This document shows, piece by piece, positions 45,995 through 57,469 of a DNA stretch of 64,000 nucleotides. The stretch is from the NCBI GenBank assembly GCA_023334545.1, contig JAADVB010000081.1, forward strand, positions 5,734-69,733. Direction: 5' to 3'. The notes under the pieces were generated by a model. It was given only the letters and a program-made list of their open reading frames with translations, searched no databases and was not told where the DNA came from. The stretch is from Salisapilia sapeloensis CBS 127946 (lineage: Eukaryota; Protista; Oomycota). Both the position numbers and the translations under genes were made by a program. Every line of letters starts with the position of its first letter. The first letter of the stretch is position 1.

Positions 45995-46447
45995 ATGGAT
46001 CTACAGCTTACGCAGGAAGAGATTGATGCATGTCGAGAGTCGTTCGTACACTTTGACAAGGATGGGAGTGGGACGATTGACAAGTATGAATTAGCACGAG
46101 TCTTGGAAGCTTTAGGACAAAACCCGACGGATGAAGAACTCTTTCAGATGATCGCCGAGGTCGATAGCGACCACAGTGGCGAAATCGAGTTTACAGAGTT
46201 CCTGCAGGTCATACAGGGACAGAAAGCACGCGCGGCGCAGTTCGATGATGAAACCGACTTTGTCGACGCGTTCGTGGCATGTGGCGGTAAGGCTGACAAA
46301 TCAGGACATGTTGAGCGAAGGTTGCTTGTACAGCTCATCAAGAAGGACTTCGGCCTGCCCATCGACCTCGACCGAATGCTCGACGCGCTCGACACGGACG
46401 GCAGCGGCGAGATCGAGTACGACGAGTTCAAAGCGCTATTGTCCTAG
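45995..46447 (+). CDS. Calmodulin-like EF-hand protein, flagellar outer-arm dynein LC4-like
   Basis: FDKDGSGTID...LGQNPTDEELFQMIAEVD...SGEIEF; DAFVACGG..DKSG; DTDGSGEIEYDEF, as in Chlamydomonas LC4-type light chains. Confidence 0.8.
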   Translation: MDLQLTQEEIDACRESFVHFDKDGSGTIDKYELARVLEALGQNPTDEELFQMIAEVDSDHSGEIEFTEFLQVIQGQKARAAQFDDETDFVDAFVACGGKADKSGHVERRLLVQLIKKDFGLPIDLDRMLDALDTDGSGEIEYDEFKALLS

Positions 46448-47358
46448 CTTGCTCTGGAACTGCCGCCGGGATTTTTTAGCACTAGGTTTGTACCCACATG
46501 CCTCGCACTCGGACGCGTCGTTCAGAAGCGTGCAGCGAGGACACTCCCAACTACTTTCTTCCGTTGTTTCCTGCTCTTCCATCTTGCGTTTCTTGTCATT
46601 GCTATCTGGTACTACACTACTAGCCTGTTCTACGCTATGTCCATCCTTTCGCTGCTGAATCTCGGCCTTGAGACGAGCGAACGTCGCGTTCATGGCCGAG
46701 GAAGACTGCGTTTTCGCGACGGTGGAGCGGAACCGCTCCTGTTGCCGCCGCTGATGGTTCCGGACCACCTCCTGCTTGAGCTTTGCTACACTCTTGGGTG
46801 CACTCGAGTCTGCCTGTGCGTTCCACAACAGCACAAACTAGATGCACATTCAGATAGATATCTACTTGGAGCTCTATTACGACGTACCTCTTTGTGTATT
46901 TGGATAATCTCATCACGCTTGGTCGTACTGACTCGTATACCTGTATCCTCGAGCAATTTACGTACCTCCTTGTCCTTCATGACGCTGTAATTGACCAGCG
47001 GCATGCGTTCCAGTGGTGCCTGTCCACCGTCCTCACTTGCCTCTTCACTCGATCCATCGAGCGGATGGCGTTCAAGTACAGGAAGTAGTCTCGGCTTAAG
47101 CTTCCGAAACGATGCAGCAAGTCGCTCGACGGTTCGATTCGCCACGAGCTCTGCTGGCGTGCACGGCTGCTTGCATTCGGGGCAGCAGCCATTGGAGCCT
47201 CGAGACTGCAAGAAGCGTCGAACACATTCAGAGCAAAAGACGTGGCTGCAAGGCAATAAAACAGGTCCGTGATAGAACTCGCCGCAGATCAAGCACCGGA
47301 GAGCTGCCTCCATGTGCTGGAGCTCCGGCTCGGTCCATTCGGCCTCCTCCATTTGCAT
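46436..47358 (-). CDS. RAD18: RAD18-like E3 ubiquitin ligase (RING + SAP-like + C-terminal RanBP2/NZF-type zinc finger); intron about 46840-46885
   Basis: LRCLICGEFYHGPVLLPCSHVFCSECVRRFL...CPEC; VNYSVMKDKEVRKLLEDTGI (SAP-like); WECPRCTLLN...CEAC. Confidence 0.78.
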
Positions 47359-47424
47359 CTGTACTTTCCCGCCAGTTTTCTATGGATTAAAATATGCGAT
47401 GTTTGACAACGACGACACGAATTG

Positions 47425-48571
47425 ATGGACACAAACAACGAAATGAGCCATAAGACCTACCTCGGAGCTTTTACGGACAAAGTGAAGGCGTATATACATG
47501 AACTAGAAGACTTTCGACAACATAATCGACTCCAGACTTTCCAGCCAAAGTTTTGGCTTCAAAATGAAGATTTTAACGTCGCGAGAGACGTTTTCATTGC
47601 GGTAGGATATGAAGTAGAGTTTGTATAGGCTGGTAAATTGATAGAATGACTGTATTAGGCTAGTGGAAGCATCGGACATGAAGTGACCAAGTTCTCGCTT
47701 GTGTATAGCAAGACACCGTCCGAGGCAGAAGCCGAAAGTATCTGTCGAGCCATGGATGAGCCGTGTGAGCAGCTCGTATCTGCCGCCAAAGTCGCTCTCT
47801 TCTGCGGTGCTGGTCCGTCACTTGCCAAGGAGATCCTCAACGATGCACTGTACTATTCTACACTGGTCTTGTATGCCTACAGCCTACTTATCAAGAAAAT
47901 GAACTAGACGATTGCTTACATGCGTGAGGGACTTGGGCCTTGGCGTGCTAGATGGACGACTAAAGGATGTCCCACAACTCACAGGTCGCGTGTGGGAACA
48001 CTCCAAGGCACAGGTTTCTAAATCCAACTGCATCGCGTCCAAGAAGAGCATGCTCCAGTGCATTAGTATGCTCAATTCGACCATCCAAGAGCTACAGGAA
48101 GCTGTCCAAGAGGCTTCTAACGAGACAGAAAAGGATGTAGAGGACGAGGATGACTTTGATTTCGATGTCGACATGTCCGAAGAGGAGACGAAGCTACTGG
48201 AAAGTGCCATTAAGCTACTCTCCATGTGTGCAGCCGTGCTCAAACGAGGCGTTTTGACCTTAAAAAACGCTCAGAACGTCGAAGACAATAACACTTTCCT
48301 CAAGTGGACAGCCGAATTGGAACTCGCCTACGGAGAGATGCAGGACCCGATCGTCGACATGGGCGCAGCCTGCACGCCGCCTCCATCCACAGACGAATTG
48401 GCCGCACCGATCACAAGCATCGAGGCTGCGACCATCAAAATCCTCGATGCACTCGCACAGCACCCACAGCGTGAGCTTAAGGATGAAGAGCAGTTGGCAA
48501 CAGGCCGCACGGCCCTTGAGCGTCAAGTACAGGTCGTTCGAGACCATCTCGCTGCCGTGGAACAGGAATAA
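47425..48571 (+). CDS. Cyclin-D1-binding protein 1 / GCIP-like, multi-exon
   Basis: IGHEVTKFSLVY...; GVLDGRLKDVPQLTGRVW; EDDFDFD...; DPIVDMGAACTPP match the GCIP family pattern. Confidence 0.65.
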
Positions 48572-48698
48572 AATGCATACAACCCTTCAGGATCTATATG
48601 TATGACGTCGTTTTTCTGGAACAATACAAAAACCAAGTGTAATATCGAATAAAAGTACTCAAAAGGTGATCTCGGGGCTGTCTTGGGCCAGTGACGGC

Positions 48699-49785
48699 AT
48701 GGAGACGAGAGGGAAGAAGCGTAAGCGTGTGGGCTTCCACGGTGCCGAAGTCATCGAGTATGATGCTGAACGGCCAGCTGTGGTGCACTTGGGTGGAGCT
48801 AAAAAAGCGTGGGCTCTAAAGAACGATACGCTCGAGAATAAGGCGAGAGGACTGGATGAGACGGCGGAGGACAAACTCGAGCAAGCGTACGTGGACGAAT
48901 TGACCGAATGGCTGTCGAATCGAGGGCTCACGGCACTTCCACTTGCGTCGGATGAAAGTAAAGTGCCTTATCTTCGACGACAGACGCACTTAGCCGATCT
49001 CCTCTTCACATCTGCAGAGCTCTTGGCAGCATTTTCCGACGCTGAGGAGCATCAGGAGAACAGATTGGAGGCTAAGAAACTAGTACAAGACAGTATAGAT
49101 GCATGGGTAGCTAGAGATGAATACGTAGACAAGTTACATCAATTGCATCTACTTAAAAAGCAGGTCGATGGGCAGGAAGATGAGAGCTATGCGTTCGGAA
49201 GGCGCTTCATCTCCATCGAAGCGTACTTGGAGTCAATGGAGGAAGATGAACTCGTCGCTCTGGCGACAGATAAAGGTGTCCATATACCTGGGCTAGAAGG
49301 AAAGCAGAGGACGCAGTTCCGAGTCCCAGACAGTGAACTCGTCGGGACTCTTGGCATGGCTGTAGGCAAGCCGCTAAAGAAGTTGACACTACGGGAGCTA
49401 GTTCTTGAAGCACAGGCTCGAGGCCTGAATGTCTTCCGAGCGAACGACAAAACGTCTAAGAAGAAAAAGATCTGGGTTGATGCCCTCAAGGTAGTACGCG
49501 TCTACCATACTTATTGGAACATGATTAATGGAATTGTAGCCTGTAATGCGAGAGGAGATACGGGACTTTAAGATACGAGAGGCGAGGGAGACGGTGCTAC
49601 GTATGGTCCTAACACCAGTCCTGGAAGAGCAGATGAAGCATCAACAAGTGAAAAACGTCGTGGCACTCGTAGACGAGACATTACGTCGGGAAGACGCAAT
49701 GGCAGATAAAGTGGAAAGCAGTTTGGAAGATGAACTCCAGTCAAGATTCACACAGCTCTTCCACCTCGAAAGACGAGCGACCTAG
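48699..49785 (+). CDS. Hypothetical protein with HeH/SAP-like helical motifs; intron about 49492-49540
   Basis: Long ORF with LKKLTLRELVLEAQARGL; continues after a GTAG donor into the 49546-49785 frame. Confidence 0.6.
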
Positions 49786-49948
49786 ACACTTTTCTTTTCT
49801 TTCTAGTAAACACGAGTCGTAGCACATGTACTTGTTCCTCCTTCGTTCCGTTTCAGAAAGGCTTTGGCCTTTCCTCTTGATCGAATCTATTTTCAGACGA
49901 CAGCTCGACTCGTCTTGCTCTTCTCGCCGATCGAAGTTTCCAACGTGC

Positions 49949-52243
49949 ATGAGCGCCAGTATCGAACCTCGAGCACATACGACGGCACTAAGCACCGTGG
50001 ACGAAGAGGCTGGGAAACAGTCGGCTTCAAATGCTTCTGAGCTCTCATCCATGGACTTGGAATCTTCTGCTCGAGCTAGCAGCGTACATACCTTTTCTAT
50101 CCTCCTGTTCATACGCATCATATCCACTTGGAAAATATAGGTCGAGAGTCCAGATAAGAAACCTCCTGATCGCTACGGGACTCCGGATGCAAAGGTGAAA
50201 GCCAGGTTACAGCACTTGTGGGCACAGCATACGACGTCGACGCCAGTAAGTGCCTTGAGAACGCTTTCGAGAGACTTTACGTTGCCACAAGTGCCTTCTG
50301 CCATCTTCCATGAAAGCTGCGCCAGTCTCAGAGACCAATTTCTGCGCGTACGAGACCGGTTTTCAGCGACAGGATCCAAGTCTCGATCGTCATCGCTAAA
50401 TAAACCGCTGAAAAAGTCTTCCTGTCAATCCGATTCCTTGACAAAGAGACTGGCATTAGCTGTCGATGCCATCGCTAGTCGGCCGCCGATAGACGATGCC
50501 CAGACGCTCGTGTGTGGTCCTATCGAGCACTGGTACGTGGAAGACTGTCGATTACGAAGGACAATCATGTGTACTTCCTTGGAAGCTGGAGCAGCTGTCG
50601 TCGCTCGTATCGCGAACGCTGCGCAGCGAGAATCGTCGAATGAAAGCTTAAGTCCAGACTTGAACCTCCAGTGGGTAGACCAGTCGACGTGGTCCGTGAC
50701 CGTCACGCTCGTGCTTCCGAAAGTCGGGTCTATCGCAGATGACCACGTCGCATTGGCACAGACGATCGAAGACGCGATCGTTTCGGACCAAACGCCAGCA
50801 CAGGTGACACCGGATGACCTGCCATTAGAACGAGGCGCGTACTGCTGGAGCAATCAGTACGGGACGTTGGTACTAAAGAAAGAAAGTAATGAAGAAATTA
50901 GACAAGCAGAAACTTTAGATGAAGCTCCATCAGGTGATGTAAGACCGGCAGGACCACTACCGAGCGTACCGGAGGATAGTCCATCGACCAAGGTCGAGCT
51001 AAACGTTCCGAATGCACCAGCAATGCCAGAGAAGATGGGCTGGCTGAAGAAAAAGACCGGTATCAACTCGTGGAAACTTAGGTATTTTGAGCTCAAGGGG
51101 AATCATTTATATTATTTTAAAAACGATACGGACGGCATGCCAAAAGGAGCTATCCTCATGGACCAGACACGAGTCACGCGAGCTCGGACGGACGATAAGA
51201 CGTTCACCATCACAGCATCCAAGCTCCAAGGTTCGCTACAAGTTCTCAAGTTTTCCAGTCGAAAGATGCATCATGCCTTCCCTCGCAAGTCTTTCGTCCT
51301 CCGCATCGATGACAAGGACGTCGCGAATGCATCGAGCTGGATCGACTTGCTCAATCGTGCCTCTCGATACTGGCGCATGGACGACAATATGACTTCAGCG
51401 AACACGAAAGCCAACACAATACCTGCTTCGTCCTTCCGTCCAGGCTCTTCATCCTCTTCGTCCTCCATCTCTACGCCTGCAGAGGATGATGGACACCACG
51501 TTTCTTCCTTTGGCATCTCGTCCATCCTCGAGAACGCTACGCTCCACCACTTTGGCAGTGTCAAGTACTTGCAAGCAACAGATCCGCTCTTGTGGGAGAT
51601 TCATCCACAAGACCAAGCAGGTATCCGCAAGCGAGCAGCAACCGCCCAGACGCGACAGGACTACCTGACTATCTTCCACAAGCATGCGTCGACGTTCCGT
51701 CAGATCTTTCTCCCACGACCTCAATCGATCTCGCTCGAGCAGACACTTCGAGACATCCTACCCGAGCGCTTCGTCCTCGATGGAGCGCTCTTCGGAGGCG
51801 GCTTAGAAGGCGAATCAAAAGGACTTGAAGACATCTTCGATGACCTCGACGCCAAAGTCAAGCAGTACGTAAGTGATCCAGGAGAACGTGTGCGAGCCGT
51901 CAGTGCCATTCTCCAGGCATGTGCTCGCACGATCAGCGGCGGCGACGCGTACTTTGTCGTGCACAATCTCCTTGGGAACGACCTGATGGTTCTCCGTCCG
52001 GCCGAGAACCGCGGCCATCCGATCGAGATCAAGCGTCTCGTAGACCACCCTGGCAGCTTCCGTATCACCGTCCATAGCTCCTTTTCCTTCCATCGAGTAC
52101 GAGACGTCGAAGAGTTCTCGTCTCCAGAAGACGGACACGTGATGACACCGTCGGCACTGTTGTCGGTCCACACGCAGCACATCCAGGACTTTGATCTGGT
52201 CTCAAGCAAGTCGCTACGATGGTTGTGCGTCACGCCGGAATGA
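49949..52243 (+). CDS. PH-domain protein with an N-terminal pterin-4a-carbinolamine dehydratase-like segment; probable intron 50084-50140
   Basis: PH: KMGWLKKKTGINSWKLRYFELKGNHLYYFKN...ASSWIDLL. PCD-like: WYVEDCRLRRT...IANAAQRE...PDLNLQW..VTVTL. The phase-0 intron links an upstream exon in frame. Confidence 0.75.
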
Positions 52244-52316
52244 AAAGATAGGTAGCGTACAAGTAAAGGAACGAGGTATCAAGTAGAGTTTTTTCTTTTG
52301 TCATGCCTGGCACTAG

Positions 52317-53291
52317 TTACTTGGCCTGCTCGTCGTGCAAAGGCGTTTGGAGACGATCCGCTAGTTGCTTGACCTTCCGGTACGATTCTCTATCTCTGTT
52401 CACAGACTTTCGCTTGCCAGTGTAGTACTCACTCGAGGCATGGACCTTGTAGCCAAATACTCGAGGGACGTACGTCTGCGTCGGTGGCGACGGCACGAGC
52501 TGCGCGTGCGTCATAAGGAACATGTGTGCAAACGTCGTGCCAAAGTACGCGCCATCAATCTCTATGAGCCAAACATAAATATAAATAAGTATAAAAGTAG
52601 TGCACAAGGAAGAAGAAAACATACGTCCAGCGCGCTTGGACTTTGGAAAGTAAATGTCGCGGCATTTCGGACAAAAGACATTCACCGTCGTGTGGCGAGG
52701 GACGTCCGATTGACCGACAGGCAACACCGGCTGACCTTGGCAGTGGACGCGATGACACCGGCCAAAGTCGACGCTCTGGTACTTTTCCAGCATCGCCGCC
52801 ATGCCCTTGGTCGTGAGAATGTATCGCTGGTGGATGAGACCGTAGAGCATTTCAGCTGCCGACTCGATCATCTCCTGCTGGATCTGTGTGAGGCTCTGGT
52901 CGTGCGGAGCCTCAATGTCCAGGATAATGTCCAACGCATAGTCATAGTACGGGACGATGGCGCTGAGGCCAGTCAGGTTAAACTCATCCTCGATGTAGTC
53001 CTCATCGACTTCGCACAGGAAGGCGTTCTCGCGTAAGGAGCAGAACCATGCAATCCAGCTAGCCTCCTCTTCTTCCTCGCTCTCGTCCCCGTCCTGCTCG
53101 AACTCATCCTCGTCGCTCGAGTCGTCCATGGACGAGTCCTCCTCCTCGTCCTCGTCCTCTTCTCCTTCGCCCTGCTGTACGTCTCCCCGTCTCATCTGGA
53201 GGTTCTCCATGTTGTCCAGGAGGTCCTGAAGCTCATCTTCGTCCGCCGTCTTGCGCTGGCCAGGTGACGAAGGCGGCACGGCCCCACTCAT
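52317..53291 (-). CDS. CSNK2B: Casein kinase II regulatory subunit beta with an acidic N-terminal extension; intron 52562-52624
   Basis: [32 protein letters not shown]; [12 protein letters not shown]; FGRCHRVHC...CPKC; [10 protein letters not shown]; [11 protein letters not shown]. Confidence 0.96.
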   Translation of the reverse strand: MSGAVPPSSPGQRKTADEDELQDLLDNMENLQMRRGDVQQGEGEEDEDEEEDSSMDDSSDEDEFEQDGDESEEEEEASWIAWFCSLRENAFLCEVDEDYIEDEFNLTGLSAIVPYYDYALDIILDIEAPHDQSLTQIQQEMIESAAEMLYGLIHQRYILTTKGMAAMLEKYQSVDFGRCHRVHCQGQPVLPVGQSDVPRHTTVNVFCPKCRDIYFPKSKRAGRMFSSSLCTTFILIYIYVWLIEIDGAYFGTTFAHMFLMTHAQLVPSPPTQTYVPRVFGYKVHASSEYYTGKRKSVNRDRESYRKVKQLADRLQTPLHDEQAK

Positions 53292-54060
53292 TCTAAGCTG
53301 CTAGCAACTCGTGTCTTCACGTATACAAAACGCAAGTCAATCCAATAATTGCGATTGTAGGCAGAAGAATCAGAATTATCTAGATAGTAGTCTCTCCATG
53401 GGAAAATTAATAGGAATATGCTCGCTTTACGAGGTAGGTCGAGTATGGCATGCGTGTGTATGGAGGTGGAGTACCCGGCATTTGGGGATTGGCGTAGGAC
53501 GCAGAAGTGGTCGGGTGTGACTGATGTGATGAGACGTGTTCTGTTTGCAGTAGCAGGATGTCACAAGGTATCGAACGAAACACGCGGGCTACGACAGGAT
53601 CGGTAGGAAAGCAGACTAGAATCGTCATAGGCGAATGGTGCGAGCTATCGACAACAAGCGTACAAGGTATCGTAAAGACGGTTTGAGCGACTAAGAATTC
53701 TTGAGCAACACATAGTTTACAGCGCATATACATCCAACTAGCTGATATTCACATCGAAACAAGCAATAGCATGGCTCTATCCATGCCAAAAAAACGAGAT
53801 AAAAGATCATAAAGATGACATCACCTCTTTATATAAAGCTACTAGTATACCCTATGTAACTTTACAACCATCAAAGGCGTACAAAGATCAATACTGTACT
53901 TCATGGTCATCCAAGAGCCCGAAGCGAGCTCCGAGTACACTTCGTAGCATGCTTTGGCGCCAGTCCGAAGGATTTGATTCGTGTTTCCTCCATCCAATCA
54001 AAATACTACAAGAACCTCCTATCCTTGATATCAGGGCCCATGTCACAATAGCATTGGAAG

Positions 54061-55181
54061 ATGGCTCGAGGCTTCTACTCTGCGGATGGCGGTGCTGCTG
54101 AGCTCCTAAACAAACTCGTACCGGAGGAGATCATCGAGACTGGTCCATATGCCTACGTCGGTGACTCTCGTCGTGAAAATAAGGTCGAGGCGAATGCAGA
54201 GCCGGTGGAATTCAAAGGTATTAAGATCCAGGACTGTGTTGTCGGATGTAATAAGACCCACATCACGCCCATCGAGACGCTAGATGCGTACGTCTACTCC
54301 CTCTTACCTCTTTGCAATACACACCTGACCCAAAAGTAGTGTCGGGGAGGAAGCGCAACTGACGCCACCCGAGATGGTCTTTGGCCACAATCAGCTCCTC
54401 TTCTACCACGAGCCTTCAGGCGTATGCTACAACTTTTTAGCAGTCGAAGCCCTTAAGGGCGCCCACTTCTCCTCACAAGATCGCAAAGACCAGGACGTCG
54501 TCTCGCAGCAGCAGCGACAGCTCAAGGTGTCCATCGCCAAGGAGAACTCGAACAAGTACGATTATATCTATCTTTTCACTTTGCTGCCGCTAACTTTCGC
54601 TACAGGGAAGCCGTTAAGGAGCTCGATATCCCATACGACTGGACCTATACGACAGATTATCGGGGCAACATCCAGCGAGTGACGAGGGACTCGACGGCTC
54701 CGAATGGATTCACTCAGTCTGATAACGTTCGTATCGAAGCGACGGAAGAGCGGATCGATTTGGAGAAACTCAAGGAGAGAGAACCGATTCTATGGTTTGA
54801 AGACGTCGGGCTGTACGAAGATGAACTGCATGACCACGGCCTCTCCATCATGTCCGTCAAAGTGGTACGTCCAGCATGTGTCTATCTTTTCACCACGATA
54901 CCCACCTCTCTTCCTAGCGCGTGATGCCGTCCGGCGTTTACATTCTCGCGAGGTACTGGATGCGTCTAGATAACGTCGTTGTACGCCTGCACGAGACGCG
55001 TATCCATCACCTCTTCGGTCGCAACTACTTGCTCCGAGAGTTTAGCCGCAAGGAAGCGACGTTCGACGAGCTCTTTGCTCAAGGACATCCGAAGGGCATG
55101 GCCAACTACACCAACATCGACACTTTCCAGCACTTGCTTCCCGTCCAAGAGACGTGTTATGAACGTGTAGTACTCGAGTAA
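54061..55181 (+). CDS. TIPRL: TIP41-like protein (TOR/PP2A regulator), 3 introns
   Basis: PPEMVFGHN; SHTYDWTYTTDYRG; IDLEKLKEREPILWFEDVGLYEDELHDHG; RVMPSGVYILARYWMRLDNV. Confidence 0.92.
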
Positions 55182-55221
55182 CTAGCAATACAAACGAGAT
55201 GGAACGACATGTACTTGTACT

Positions 55222-55889
55222 TTATGTTTGGATCGGATGCGCGACACGAAGGTAGCCCGGGTGGATGTACTGGGACCACGCGAGGGACCTCCCGGGCGGT
55301 GGGTCACTACGATACATGTCCATGTCGTCGCCGACGTACCCAGCGAAGGTTTCGCGGGCGTTGAACGCATATGAACAGCAGAGCCACGACTCGGTGGCGG
55401 GAATGCCGTCCAGCACTACCGGGCACGGCTCTCGCCATCGCCACTTGGGGTTGTACTGAAGGATGCCATTGAGGAAGAATGCAATGCGGCGCTGGTTCAT
55501 GTCAATCGCGAGACCGACGGTGTCGCCGGCGCTGTACCGCAGCGCGGAGCCGACGACGCCGGCGGGAGAAACGATGCACCCATTGCACGAGTACGCTAGG
55601 ACGCACTCACCAGAGGCATCACAGACGCCCACGGCCGTGTCCTCATTGCATTGCTTAGGAATACACGCTTCGAGGTAGTGGCAGCCGCTCGTGAAGAAGA
55701 GATGCTTCCGTCGGTGCATTGGAATGGAAATAAATGGCATGGTAGAGTCCACGTCCTCTCTTCTGATCCTACCGAATACGTCTACGTCGTACGCAAGGAA
55801 AGTGGCGGTGCATCCGGAACAACGCGGGGAACATGCGACATACAGTATCGCGACGTCGCGCGTTCGCGCTGACGCTTGCGATCAGACAT
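55222..55889 (-). CDS. SPRY/B30.2-domain protein; 5' end approximate
   Basis: HYLEACI...AVGV...YSCNG...YSAGDTVGLAIDMNQRRIAFFLNG pattern. Confidence 0.7.
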
Positions 55890-55924
55890 TTGCTTGAACA
55901 AGAAGCGTAGAAAGATGTATATTA

Positions 55925-57345
55925 CTAGTTCGCCCACGTGAGCATGCCGCTGCTTTCATAGTAGCACACGAGCTGTAGCTTTACGAGTTCATCGACGGCA
56001 CGCTGGCCGTCACGTTCGCTCGGACACGACTTGAGAAAGTCATTCAGGTCGAGCGTCTTGCGGCGTTTGCGATTCGAGTCTGCACGCTCCGGCGCTAAGT
56101 GCGCGTACAGTCGCTCCATCAACGGCCTCAAATCGGCGGACGGCGCGACAATGCGCAGGAGCTGGTGGAACCTCGTCTCAAGCTCCTGATGCTCAGACAA
56201 GAGGTCCTGGACCACACCTTCCTCCTAGTAGCTAGTATGAGTACGATGCGCTTGTACTAGTTTCAATGATAAATACATAAGTAAGCTCTTCCTCGGCTTC
56301 CTTGAGCTCCTGTTCATACTGCGACGGCGTCTGGTGCTGCTCCGTGAGCGACGCATACGTGTCCTCGAGTACCTGTATCTCTTGCTGCAACCTACTAGAT
56401 TCTCGCTCGAGCCGCTCCGTCTCTAAAGCGACATGATCTCCACTAGATTCTTCCTCCTCCTCTTCGTCGCCTTCATCCAGACGAGCATACTCGCTCTGGA
56501 GCTTCCCGACCGAGGTCGAAAGCTCCGAGATCTCTTCCTACGACTACGAGTGACTACCATGCAACTCCTTGTACTAGTTTTATAAGGTACTTGTAGCTGA
56601 TCAATCTCTGTCTGTGGGTCGTCTTCCTCGCCGGAAGGAGTCGAGATGTCATGCTCCTGCCGTTTGATCCGAATCGCTTCCTTGAGCGCTTTGGATTTCT
56701 ACTTGATCTACTAAGACCTGCGTCGTGGGGATGCGACAAACCGACGTACCTCGATAGAAGACGCGATCTGGTCCTCTACTTCACGCATGATACGACTATA
56801 CTCTTTCTACTCGTGCATTAGAAGCCAGGAAGACACTTGAGACGACTAGACGTGCCTGTATCTCGACATCTCGACTCTCGACAATCTCCCGAACTTGTTC
56901 CTCTCGACGCTCCGACTCCCTCTCCGTCCGAGCCTTTCGAGCCTCGAGCTCCTTAACCAGCTCCATCCCTATGATCGACATGAGAAGAGCTCGGACCAAG
57001 ACAAGCAGCAGCAGCACCTTGCTGGAGATGCTGCTCCACTTGGTCCACCGACGTCGCGTTCACGTCTGCATGTTCCTGTTTCCTCTTCACACTCACTGTC
57101 GCTCTCTACACCCCCATCAGCAAGTAGTCTATAGCCTTCGCTAGCCTCCTAGCAACGTACGAGCGACGGCAGACCGGTCGATAAGAAGGTCTGCTGCGTC
57201 TGCTTTAGCCTCGCATCCAGCACCTCCTGCGCTCTCTCCAACTATTTTAACTATCAATACACATACACCTCCTTCTTATCGACTTCCTGCAGACCTTGGC
57301 ATTGCAAGAAGCGAGCTCCTGGACACACTGCTGCAGCTCGTCCAT
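55925..57345 (-). CDS. Multi-exon coiled-coil protein (about 6 introns, one GC-AG); N-terminus weakly resembles DASH subunit Spc19
   Basis: Exons join in frame: MDELQQCVQELASCNAK|LERAQEVLDARL...|RATVSV...|GMELVKELEARK...EIQ|KEYSRIM...|KSKAL...|EEISEL...|LLEEGVVQDLL...WAN*. Confidence 0.65.
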
Positions 57346-57469
57346 CCGGTCGGAAGAGCTCGTGGTGATGGATATCTTGTACCAGACATTTGCGTCCTCA
57401 CCAGTGATCTCGTCATGGCGTCTGGTATCTAGGTCTCTCTCGCTCTTTATCTTCGTACCTGACACTAGT

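Noticed and set aside
44423-46447. Single 674-aa protein as listed in the ORF track
   Set aside because: Better explained as two genes (SYLF with a terminal intron, then LC4-like with its own ATG). The fusion is kept only as a conditional hypothesis under findings.
53520-53740. Possible C/D-box snoRNA (GTGATGA at about 53526) or small ORF in the CK2 beta/TIP41 intergenic region
   Set aside because: No nearby D box with a terminal stem and no recognisable rRNA guide; the ORF lacks support
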